A DNA stretch of 64,000 nucleotides, taken from Lytechinus pictus. Lineage: Eukaryota. The stretch lies in assembly GCF_037042905.1 (NCBI RefSeq), contig NC_087262.1:2604001-2668000 (forward strand), in the 5' to 3' direction. Positions 36,181 to 48,099 of the stretch are shown one piece after another. How positions within the stretch are numbered: the stretch's first letter is position 1; every line of letters begins with the position of its first letter. The position numbers and the translations under genes are program-made. The notes below the pieces were generated by a model, which was not told the DNA's origin, made no database searches, and was given only the letters and a program-made list of their open reading frames with translations.

Positions 36181-39100
36181 GGTAATTAAAAATAAAAAAG
36201 CCAATGAAAATGAGATGGGTTTAAACAATCTTCCCAGTTTATTACGCATGTCTTTCACGGGCATGTTTAATGACTGGCTCAATCACAAAGAAGCTACAGG
36301 AAATTAACATCTAAATTCTAAATAACTGGAAGAATTACACAGCCACACACATATCCCCAGAGGATTTCCACGGTATTTATCCTTTTTTTTTTTTTTTTTG
36401 GGGGGGGGGGGGGATAATCTGAACACGGTATGTGTCTGTGTGTATCTCACATAGATATAACACTGTTCAGAAATAGCTAGTTCTCTTCATCTTTAAAAGA
36501 TGAGGAAAGAATGAAGTAAAGATATAAAACATAATTTGTTTTCTAACTTTCTCCTTTACCCTGGCTTGGTCTGGGCTGAAATATTTATATCTAAATAAAT
36601 AGAGTAAAATTCACTGAGCAAACTGCTGAAAATTTCATCAAAATCGGACAACAAATAACGAAGTTATTGAATTTTAAAATTTATCAATAAAACAGTCATA
36701 TGCACATCATCATGAATATTCATTAGGTGGGCTGATGATGTCATATCCCCACTTTTCCTTTTTTCTTAAGTTATTACATGAAATCATAATTGATTTATTT
36801 TTCAAACATGTGTAAATGATGTGTCTCCATCATGATGAAATAGGTTGCGGCAATAAATAACTAATGCACTTAATCAGTTGTCAATCCGATTGTTTTAGTT
36901 CTTGGTAGAAAAAAAATTGAATAAACCTAATTTCATATAATAAAATACAAAAGAACAAGTGGGGATACGACATCATCTGCCCACCTAATGAATACTCGTG
37001 AAGACATGCCTAGAACTGTTTCACCGGAATAATGCAAATATTCAAAATTCAATAACTTTATTTGTTATCCGATTTCGATTAAATTTTCAGCATTTCTGTG
37101 AATTTTACTCTATTTATTTAGATATAACTATCTCCAGCCTTGGACCATCCCCTTAAACCAGACCTCAGAATACCGGGCCCTGCTATTTGTAATCTAAATT
37201 TATGATGGGAGTGGCTCCGGCCTGACAAAAGATATCAACAGTGTAATGTGTGGATTGAAGATGATGGTTAGTAAGAACACCGAGGATTTGAATGGGAAGT
37301 TTACTCTGATGCTCAAGGTACTTAAGTAAGAGCAGAAAAAAAACATTTGTGAGTGTTCGACCAAAACCATTAAAAAAGTGAGAGAATTATGAATTTCTAA
37401 AGATTTGAATTTGTGATGTATTATGCAAGAATCTGCCCCATACACACGTCATAACAATTCCATAAATTCCCATTTTTTTAATGGTTTGTGGTGACTAAAA
37501 TAACTTTTTTGTATAGAAGCGGTTATGAAATTATGAATCGTGTGATATAGTAATGAATGCACAACTGAATTAATTCTCAATTTTCTGAGAAAATGGCATT
37601 TTATGGAATTTATATTACATGACACATAAGGGACCTGGTTGCAAATGATGCCATAAAATAAGTTTTAAAAATCTAAAAAACCATATATCCATTAATGTTT
37701 GATGGATTTTTGCCAATCTTCACCAATGTGGGTTTTCTGCTTTTATTAAAGGGGAAGTTCACCCTCTGACATTAAATTGGATTTGATATAAGCAGACGAT
37801 TTGGAATGAAATATCGGTGAAGGTTTGATGAAAAGCCATTAAACAATAAGAGTGATGAATACTTAAAAAGTTTTAAATATGTGTTGTCAAATGTGAGCAG
37901 CTTCTTCGCATATTATGTAATGTAAAAATCAATTAATTCAATTTTCAATGGAGTATGATAAAGGAATATGGTGAATACAAATATATTTCTTATTGAAGGG
38001 GATATGAAATTATGTATCTTATGATATATCGACCCAACAAATAAAATCGTTTTCAAAATTCTGAGAAAATGACATTTTGGGAAATTTTAACCTTCACCAA
38101 TATTTTTCTTTTATCAAAACCAACTTACTAGCAGGGTAAACTTCCTCTTTAAAACAACTTTCTGTAAGGGTGAATTTGCACTTGAAGAAGAAATTTGAGT
38201 TTTTGTCTCTAGTTAGTTAGAAGAGGATAGTAGAAGGATTTGGGCAAGGTTGGAGGGTGCACTGAATAAGGCAAAGTGGAAGGAATGATGATAATATCCC
38301 ACTTTTGAAAGAATCAACAAAACAGTGAAAAATTCATTTAAAATTCCATTATCAATAACGAAGTTGCTGAGTCATGAAATTTTACATGAATTGTTGAAAA
38401 AGTGAAACACATCAATGTTAGGTCTCTCTCTCTCTATACATATATATATATCTATGAAATATGAAATCATTTTTAATAAATTAAACTCTCCTTTGAATAA
38501 AGATAAGTCACAATAAGGATGACTTGAGACACTTTTTATAATGAATAGGATTTTGATTTCATTTGTACTCTGCCTCATTTGGGATACGTTGCATAACTGA
38601 AGATGCTGAACGCTTATAATTTTTCATCTGATTTTGACTCAAATTTCAAGTTTTGCTTTTCTCATCTCTCTTTCGTTCTCTTTGTTTCTCTCTCTCTCTC
38701 TTCTCCCCTCTTTTTTTTGCTCTCTCTCTCTCTTTCTCCAAATCATCATGACATCACAGAGTACCCTTTTCACACAGAAGTTGACTAACACTGATTTAAC
38801 CCAAGCAATTGTTTATGCTAAACAAAATAATTTGATAAATTTCACTCAATCTACACACTAACACTTCTAACTTCCGACAAATAACACGTCACAAGAAAAA
38901 TCATTTATCTGTTCTTGAAAAAGATGTTTATTTCACAAATGCACTAATATAAACATTTTTCGTTTCGGCCCAGTGTGTTAATCATTTTCAGTATTTTTTT
39001 TTCAAAATCTTCACAATATCTTTTTTTTAATCTCCATCAAATTACAATATTTTATACATTTGCAAATATGTGAAGGCTCTACAAAAAAGGGGAATAAATG

Positions 39101-41849
39101 CCACCCTCAAGAGCATCTATTATATGATACAAAACACACTAACAAAAAAATATTTGTTTAAAAAACACAGTCATTGACAAAACAAATTTTGATTTTAAAA
39201 GTCAAAACAAAACCATTCATGTTGAACAATTTGTGGATCAATCACTACAAATGATTCTCTCTTATTAAATATAATTTAACGATACAAAACCTTCAATAAA
39301 TAAGCAAAAATTTATATTCTCATAATTCTTTTTTCGATTTCTGTCAGGCGTACCTGGGTTTGAATTCAGAGTGAAGTGGATTCGTGTATATCTTTTAGGA
39401 GAACTGTGGTATGTTTGGAACTCGATTTATATGGACAATATCATGAATATTTTCAGTTGGTAAAATAGAACTTTCAACAATTCTCATAACATCATCTAAT
39501 TGCAATTCAAGTGTCATCGACATGATTCTTGAAGTGAAGTCTCTCTCTACTAGTTTATAAAATCATTAGGCTGTTAAAAGCTGAAAATACAAAAATTCGA
39601 AACTCGAGGGTAGCTCAGAATAAAAGCTTTATTTTAGACATATGGCAACGGTGGTATTATTGTTTGAAAACCGTCTCCTAATTCCTGTCGAGAACCGTTT
39701 CTCAACAAAAGAATGTTCCACTTATTTCATATGTCTAAAATGAAGATTTCATTTAGCTTTCCTCAAATTTGTTTTTAAAAACTTTGATAAGCAATGTTTC
39801 AACAGTCAAGTAATGAGATACCTCAATCTGTATTTTAATTTTAAAAAATACTGGTGATAATCTACACATGTATTCATATACACACACCCCCAATGTCATA
39901 CAATGTTAAACTGAAAAACATGCAGAATTCAAGCTTTGTGCTGCTATGCAGTGTTATTTTTAACAAAACCGTTATTGCATTGAATTGAATATTATACTAT
40001 AGCAGGGATGAATTAATTATATTGAACAAATCACACATTTCTTACCAGATTTTTACCTAAAATAGGGACTTTGAGCATTATACCTCTTCTGTTTGGGGAC
40101 TATATTGTATATACTCGCATGAGGCAGTAAAGAAATGAAAGTGACATTATCCAATGAAGAACACCTGAAATTAAGATTATTTTGTTTGATTCGTCTGGAT
40201 AGATTTGTGTACACTCTAGGATCACACTAAAGTTGTTGGACCACCGTACTTACTACATATATTAGAACAACTTTATTAGTCGGTAATTTTCTATGCACCT
40301 TTTGAGTCCCAACTGTATGATTTAAAGAAAAAACCCAGTTAAAAAAAAACAATCAACAGTCATCTGTATTGAGTGATTATTTCTAAAATCTTTAAAAAAA
40401 AAACACTTAACATAAGTTATTACCATTATTTCAACAACAAAAAAGGTTAATTCTACAGATAATTGTCAAAATGTAGCACGTCATATATTGTTGATGAGTT
40501 TTGTGCAGCATTCAGTGTTCTTACATAAATTTAATCCTCAGATGAATAACTTGAAAAACAAATTTATATCTTTCTTGTTTGTACACAAATCAATTACAGC
40601 CATTATTGTGAAAATCAAGAATGAATTTTGTATTTTTCAGGGGAAAAATCATGAAAGTTTCAGGGATCATCCAACATTCATAATCTTTTTCTAAAATTGA
40701 ATAATGTAGTAATAAAAAATAAAGGCAAACTGTTATTTCTTTAAAAAAACTTGTAGTTTTATTATTTTTTTTGCCAAAAAATACAAATACTACAAATATT
40801 TAAATTATGCACTTTTTACAGTCATTTACTTTTCTAAGATGAATTACATTCAGCCTGATAGACAAAAAAACTTTGCAATAGATTTAACTTTCAAATTTCA
40901 TTCCATTTTTTTCTAAGAGTTTAAACAGGACCAATACCAACTTCAGTACCTTTCCTTAATAGTCGATGAACATGGTGATTACCAAATGCAATAATTACAA
41001 AACTGAACATTCATGATTTTCAAAATAAGAAAATATATTAGACTATGTGAGACCCTATCATTATTTGTGTGAGATCCATGGCTGCAAAAACTTTGAAAGT
41101 TCTTATTTTCATTGCATTTTAAAGTTACTTCATATCCAATTTAGATTGCTTTCCAAAAAGCCCAACAACAATTTACAACTCCAGAAAACAAACCATACAA
41201 AATCATTATCCTCATGCAAGTTTTCTAGCCTCATGTTGCATCTAATTCTGGAATGTATTGTTATTATTAAAAAATATGATTATAAAAACCCCTCAAAAAA
41301 TGTGCAGATCAAATCATATATCTTGTCACTATATAATCATGTAAGCCTAAAATAGCAATTAACCCTTATCCCTTATAAAAATATATTTTGGAACTCATCT
41401 GATCACATAAATAAACTTCAAATTGGCCAAATGTAAGCTGTTAAAGCTACCTGTTTAAATGGTTAACCCCAAGCCAAAATACACAAACTTTAAAGTTGTT
41501 TCAAACCCGACATTGGCAGACAGATGTATTGATTATGCATTGCTGAATTTCCAAATTTGTTGCAATTTTAATTACTAGTATTTCCTAACTTCTTTTGTTT
41601 CAATTTTGTATAACTATCTGTCCAGAAATGGGCTAAAATTCCTCCATCCTCTTAAAAATCACTTCCAAATTAGTAACAATGGTGTAATCACAGAGAAACA
41701 AAACTGCCAAAATATAATCACGCATGTAGCAATATTCTTTTTTTATATGACTTCATAATCAAGGGTGTTGAAAGTTCCTTGATAACATAATCATTGCAAA
41801 TGAGACATTGCTAAAAAGGATATCCTCGGGTTCACCATGATCTCCAATA

Positions 41850-42588
41850 CAGAGCTGCTAACCTGAACAACATCATTTCAGTATTTTTAAGAGCCGAAAA
41901 TCAGTAAATTGGTGAGGAAATCAGTATTTTCAAAGAAATCCCTTAGAAAAACAAGTCCACCCCAGAAAAATATTGATTTGAGTAAATAGAGAAAAACGAA
42001 CTAGCATAATGCTAAAAATTTCATCAAAATCGGATGTAAAATAAGAAATTAAAACATTTTAAAGTTTCACTAAACAGTGATATGCACAATTCAGTGACAT
42101 GCAAATGAGACAGTCAATGATGTCCCTCACTATTTCTTTCGTTTTTTATTATTTGAAATTGGATTATACAATATTTCTTTTTTTACAGATTTGACAATAA
42201 GGACTATTTTGACTGAACTATGTAGTATCAAACAATGCTAATTCCACATGTTCAGGGAGGATTAATCGTTGTTTCACTTGACAATGAGGAGAAAATTAGA
42301 ATATTTCATATAATAAAATACAAATACATTTGCATAACGAACAGGATGTGCACATAACTCTTTTTTGATATTAAGCGAAACTTTAAAATGTCATAACTTT
42401 CTGATTTTACAGCCAATTTAATGAAATTTTTAAGTGTTGTGCTTGTTGGATTTTTCTTTTTACTCAAATTAACTTTTTGTTGGGGTGGACTTGACCTTTA
42501 AGAAATCAGTATTTTGGAAGAAACCAATCAGTTTTCTTCTGATTTTTCAGTACTAAATACTTTAAATCCGACCTAGTTGGCAGCTCTG
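41850..42588. mobile_element. MITE with CAGAGCTGCYAAC termini containing a Kolobok-like insertion
   Basis: cagagctgctaac / gttggcagctctg; aaatcagta subterminal repeats; related style to 61746-62183. Confidence 0.65.
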
Positions 42589-44872
42589 TACATAGCATTA
42601 CCACACTATGATGATATAGTAACAAGATTAATATATATACTCAGAATTGAAGTGCAAGATATTTTTTGAAGGGTTTCATTCTTTTGTCTCATGTTAGAAA
42701 GTAGTATGATTTGGTCCTTGTGCACTTTTTAAAGCTTTCATTGATGACTCCCAAGCCAACTTGGATAAAACCTTACATTGCAAACCAAAATTAGAATCAC
42801 ATCGACATGTGACATTACTTGAAAAATAACACTTCAGGCCAAAGATTTGAGAAATCTCATTAACTTTTAAAACGGTTAACCCCAATTGTCTTACTAATGT
42901 ATTAAATTGTTAATCCAGGGAGGCGGGTGATACAGTGTGTATTTAGAAAAAAAAGGTGATCCTCTTTCAAGGGTTAATATCCAGAGAACTGAGTATTACA
43001 TTTAAAATTAAAAAAATTAAAAAAAAAGAATGTGAAAGAACAATTCCTCAGCTTTTTATTGACACCCTACTGTACTTGTACCTTTCACACAACTCATGTC
43101 TCAACTAATTGATCTTGAAGATAACACGTACAAACTCCAATTTTTTACAAGTTTTGGCAAGTATGGCTGAGATACTGATGCCTCGGCTGAGTGATTTCTT
43201 CATCATTGGACGTGATCACTTTGATATTTTTTGTAGGCTATGTTAATTAATGCAAGGATGAAAAGTTTGCTTTTTCCCAACAGACTGACCACTTTCCATT
43301 CAGTTCACCAATTTTTTTTACCAAAACTTGGAAAAATTTGATCTGTACCTGCCTTATTTCACATTCTTTCACATTCTGGTGAATCTTTATTGCAATATTC
43401 AATAATTTGATTAATTTCTTTGTATTATTCCCTCCATATTCAGATCGCCTTTAGTTTGATACACACTGTATTTGCAATTAGAAGTAAATCCGATTTGCAT
43501 GACTTGATGATTAGATGAAGTATGAGGTATTCATTGAGATTAGCTCCTTCATGTTTTATGCGAATTGGCATGTAGGCATGAAGGTAAGTCCACATGAACT
43601 GTTTGTGAAACATCCCCCATAGCCCCACAATGGGGCCTGCTACACCAAGATAAGTGATAAGGCAGTGATAACTGTTCAGAATGCGAGTCCATAAGCAACC
43701 CTTAATTATTCATCATAAAAGTTCTATTGTACATTAATCATAATTTGCATGACATTGTGCAACTGTTAATAATGTTACGGAAAGAAAGAAACATTTCTTT
43801 GCATATTAAGTCATTCTTTTTGTACAAACCACCAATTCTCCAAGGATAACACATGTCTGAATTATTACAAAAGAGATAAAAGTTGAATACATGCGGGTTC
43901 AGTTTTGTATAAAAAAAAAAAAAAAAGTACTGACTAATAAATTTATAGTACTTATTTCTGCATTCATTAACTGCAAGTGGAGGTACATAATTCCATCTTT
44001 CAAATATGGGATCAGGGCATTTGAAGCAGGGATTACACAAAGGTTTTAAAATATGTTTTAAATGATTTTAAAACGTGTCTTTAATGTGATTTCAAATGAT
44101 TTAATAAATAACAAACTTATTCTTACAACCCTGACTTAGAGCAATGGGATATGAGTACATCAATAAGAAAATCAAGTAAAGGATAAAAGAAGCCACATGC
44201 TTTTGGATTTTGGGAAGATAAGTTGTTCAAACCTAACAATTATCATAAGGTATTACCCGAAGAAAATAAAATACAGGCCACAATTTGAGATAGAGAAAAC
44301 CTGCAGATATTCAAGGGGGTTAAATCATTGATAAGGATGAGAAATGTAATCTTTTAATACAAAATAGTTTAATTTTTTAAAAAATATTAAAAATATGAAA
44401 CAAAATTATTTTAAGTATTTAATGAATACAACATGCGAGTGAGCATAGTTCTAATACACTCCGTAGTAGCTGTACGTATAGCTTTATTAAAATCAAAATT
44501 TCATTCTCATTTTTATCTATTCATTTATATTTTCTACATATTCCCCTGAATTAAAAAAGTACATTTGTATAAATTTCTATTTGAGATGTTAAGTACAAAA
44601 GGACAATCATTCTTTCAATTAATAGCTTAAACAAAGATTGAAAAATGAGGGAAAAAATTCAATAATTTCAGATAGGTACTTGCGTGTAATTAATAGATAT
44701 ATCTAAGGGGAAACATCAAACTAACATAGAATATAATTCTTACAACATAAAATCACATTTGTCACTAATATTATATAAACAAAATTATAAACAAAGTAAT
44801 AGACCTTTAATGAATAAACATGTACAAGATTGCAAGTATGGTAATTCAGAATTGCATAGGGAGACGCATCAA

Positions 44873-45020
44873 CTTGTATCGGTCACATGACTTGTATTGG
44901 TCACATGACTAGCTTAAGTCACATTACTTGTATAGGTCACATGACTTGAATAGGTCACATGACTTGAATAGGTCACATGACTCACATTGGTCACAAGACA
45001 TGTATTGGTCACATGACTTA
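44873..45020. repeat. 18-bp minisatellite, about 8 units, consensus GGTCACATGACTTGTATT
   Basis: Units start at 44881, 44899, 44917, 44935, 44953, 44971, 44989 and 45007. Confidence 0.9.
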
Positions 45021-47126
45021 TATAATTTAAAACAGATTTTTCACAGCAGAATTTTGTCAGCACCACTAAAACAGTAAAGAAAAATATAGGTGGAAAATAA
45101 TTCCTTTATATCGATGGGAATTTCATGTTGATAGTTTTGAGGCTGCACCAATTTCACCTGATAACTGCTTGGTTATGAAGCAATCACTTGAATGAACTTA
45201 TAAATGACCAAATGATTGTCAGACTTATTTTGAAAGTAAAAAGTAAAAATATAGATAAGAGTGTCTGATCATGAAACATGCTAAAATCACTTTTCATTCC
45301 ATCATGGCTAATGAATGGAAATGAATCACATATTTCTGATATTATTCCTGTTTGTATTGGTAAAGAGAAAATAAACAAAACCCTGCAAATTACTTCTCTT
45401 CATTTACTTCTATTTCTGATTAAACACAAGGTTTTAGACTGTAATTAGACAAACAATGCGAGAATTTCTACTTCCTCACTAATGATCTCGTGCAACAAAG
45501 GTTGCGATAGTGCGAGGCCCAATTGATAGAGGGTAACAGTCGTAATATGCATGTGTGAAAAGAACTACACAAAGGAAAGCTAGGCAAAGCTTAAAAGTGA
45601 ATACCTTTAATCTCTTTCCCATTATTGTAAAAATGACCACAACTTACAAAGGTCGTACTTCACAGTCTCTTTAAATTAAAAAAACAAGTGTGCAAAACCT
45701 TCACAACCGTAAAAAAATTGTAAGTGCTATGTCAGGCGTACCTTGTAAAAGAGAAAAGTGGGTGACTCAACAGATCTTTTTATCCATTTTGAGGGTGCAT
45801 GGTCCTTCCATTCACATAAGATTGCAAGTTTTTTTTTTACTGTTGAAATTCAATCTAATTTTGTTATATTTTGTGAAGAAACACATACATTCCAGAGTTT
45901 TGACTCTCCAAGTATCACTAGTAAAAAGTCTGGGTATCAGCTTTGTGATATGCAATGAGTCTGAGATTAAAATAAATTAAAATCACGATTGTACCTCTCA
46001 GGGAATCATCAATTTACCACCAAATTCTGCAATGACCGATAATGTATGATGCGCTCCTATAGCAACAAATGAACAAAAACATCTCTTTTAAAAATAAAAA
46101 CAAATACAGGAGTGAGCAAGTGAGTGAAATATATTACAAAGCAAAACAAATAAAAAGACAGCAATAAATTCAGCAGTCGCGACAGGTCATATATCAAACT
46201 CAAGAGTCCTTTTTCTCCCGATTTCCAAGATATGACAGTGGTAGGAGCGTAGATAATGGCCGTGCCAATGAAAGCAGTCGGGTACCTTGGGTCGATGTCT
46301 TTTAGAGTCAGACGAGGCTAGACGATACACAGGTGTCCCGTGCATATAAATAATTTACAAATTCACAACGTTGAGTAGTACATATTATCAGTTCATGTGG
46401 AGAGACTCACGCCGGCCGCAACGCAACACTTGGACAGACCTGCAGCAAGGCAGGTCTAAAAGATCAGAGTTCGGTAACACAACACGTATGATTGGTAGAA
46501 GGACTGATTTTCATGATTGATTGCATTTGTTATTGAGAGCAATCAATCATCTGTATGTTCATTTTCTAAGCTCTTTGATATGTGGCCCAGTATTTGGACA
46601 ATCAAAGCTGCTAGGATCGTCGACAACACGGTGGGATGGTGCGAGGTAGGTTTATTAAAAAAGAAAAATTTAGGTGGACACATACTACAACATGCAGTAT
46701 ATGAGAAGGATGATGGGGACAGATCAGATTAAATAAATATGACATTAAAATGGACCAGCCACTTACATTTCAAATTGTATCAAAATCAACATATCAAATA
46801 AGGGGGTGGAGGGGGGATGATTGGTCATTAATTTCAGATTGCTTGAGAGGGTACAAGGCACTAGCCCAATGAATACATAGAGGAAAATCTTCCAAGATTT
46901 TGTTTTTCATTATTAATATCAAATTCATTTAACAAAAATACATCTATCATTCTCATTAAAAGGACAAAACTATTTAGGAGCCAGACTACAGTTGGTGAAT
47001 TATTTCTTGAAGGTCAATAGAACAGTTTTCACCCAAACAAGGTTTGTGTTTGAATGGTCATTGTGCATAGAGGATTGAGGGGGGTGGTGGTTACGTTGCG
47101 ACGTGGGCAAGGTCTCACCGGGATAG

Positions 47127-48099
47127 TCACGCCGTCACAGTTCCTGACTTGACTGATAGATCCTGAGGCATTTCAGAGAGTGGCATTCTAAGCTGCTGAG
47201 AGTGTGCGGCAGAGATGAGAGGAGGAGGAGGAATACCTTGTGGGTGGTGCATCGGTAAGAGACCGTGCGGGGGAAAACCATTTGTGAGGTGGGGACGGAA
47301 TGCCTCATGCATCCCGGGAGGGGCCGGATGGTGACCCAGCAACGATGCCTGCGGCGAGAACATCACCATCGGAGACGTTGCACTGGAAAGCGACGGGTAG
47401 GACGCCGCCGAGGGATGAGGTAAGTGGACGATGGTCGGCGACGTCTGCGCTGCCAGGGATTGCTGTGAATGGTGGGAGATGTGCTGGGACGAGAGTGACG
47501 GAATGCTGAGAGTAGAATGCGAAAGAGACGACGATATCGACGCCGAGGAGCTCGGACCGCTCGACGACGTCGTGTGTAAGTGCGGTGAGAACAATGGACG
47601 ACTTGTTTCCGGAGGCTTGCTGACACTCGACAGGCTCAAATGACTGGCAGAATGACTGTCTCTATGGCTTGATGCCTTGTGGGATGAACTACTTGATGAC
47701 ATTCCTGCAGATGATGTCACAGGCAATGATGATGTACTTGGTCCTTTAGATGTTGGCGGTTCACCGTTGCTCTGAGAGCTACTACTGTGTCCGTTGCTCC
47801 TTCCGCTACTGCTGCTGCTACTAGGGTGAGGAGCGATCACACGGCTCATTGGTCCAGGATGGATACCATTCTGTTTAGGAGACACCACAGCATCTTGATG
47901 AGGCCGATGGAGAGGAGAATGAGGGAGCACCCCTGACAGTGACAGGGGTGGTGGTGGGGGGTGGTCTGGATCAAGCGGTGGTGGTTGACTAGGACTGGTG
48001 TCGGATTGGTCATCGTCCATGTCATCGTCATCCATATCATCATCCTTTCCATGGTCATTCTCGTCAGATGAGATGTATCTTATGCACTTCTTCTTCCTC
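47127..48099 (-). CDS. TCF7L2: Tcf terminal exon (E-tail)
   Basis: tgtag|RKKKCIRY, then acidic and S/H/P-rich tail ending [14 protein letters not shown]. Confidence 0.93.

Larger units (their letters stand above)
38905..47126 (-). other. Possible very long (up to about 8 kb) Tcf 3' UTR
   Basis: U-rich on the minus strand and repeat-poor; AATAAA (plus-strand tttatt 38927-32) followed by a GT-rich tract at the edge of the intergenic transposon pile. Confidence 0.35.

Noticed and set aside
28010-38900. EIF4EBP-like read-through partner as in human ANKHD1-EIF4EBP3
   Set aside because: I saw no 4E-BP-like exon (YxxxxL motif region) between Mask and Tcf; a tblastn search would settle it.
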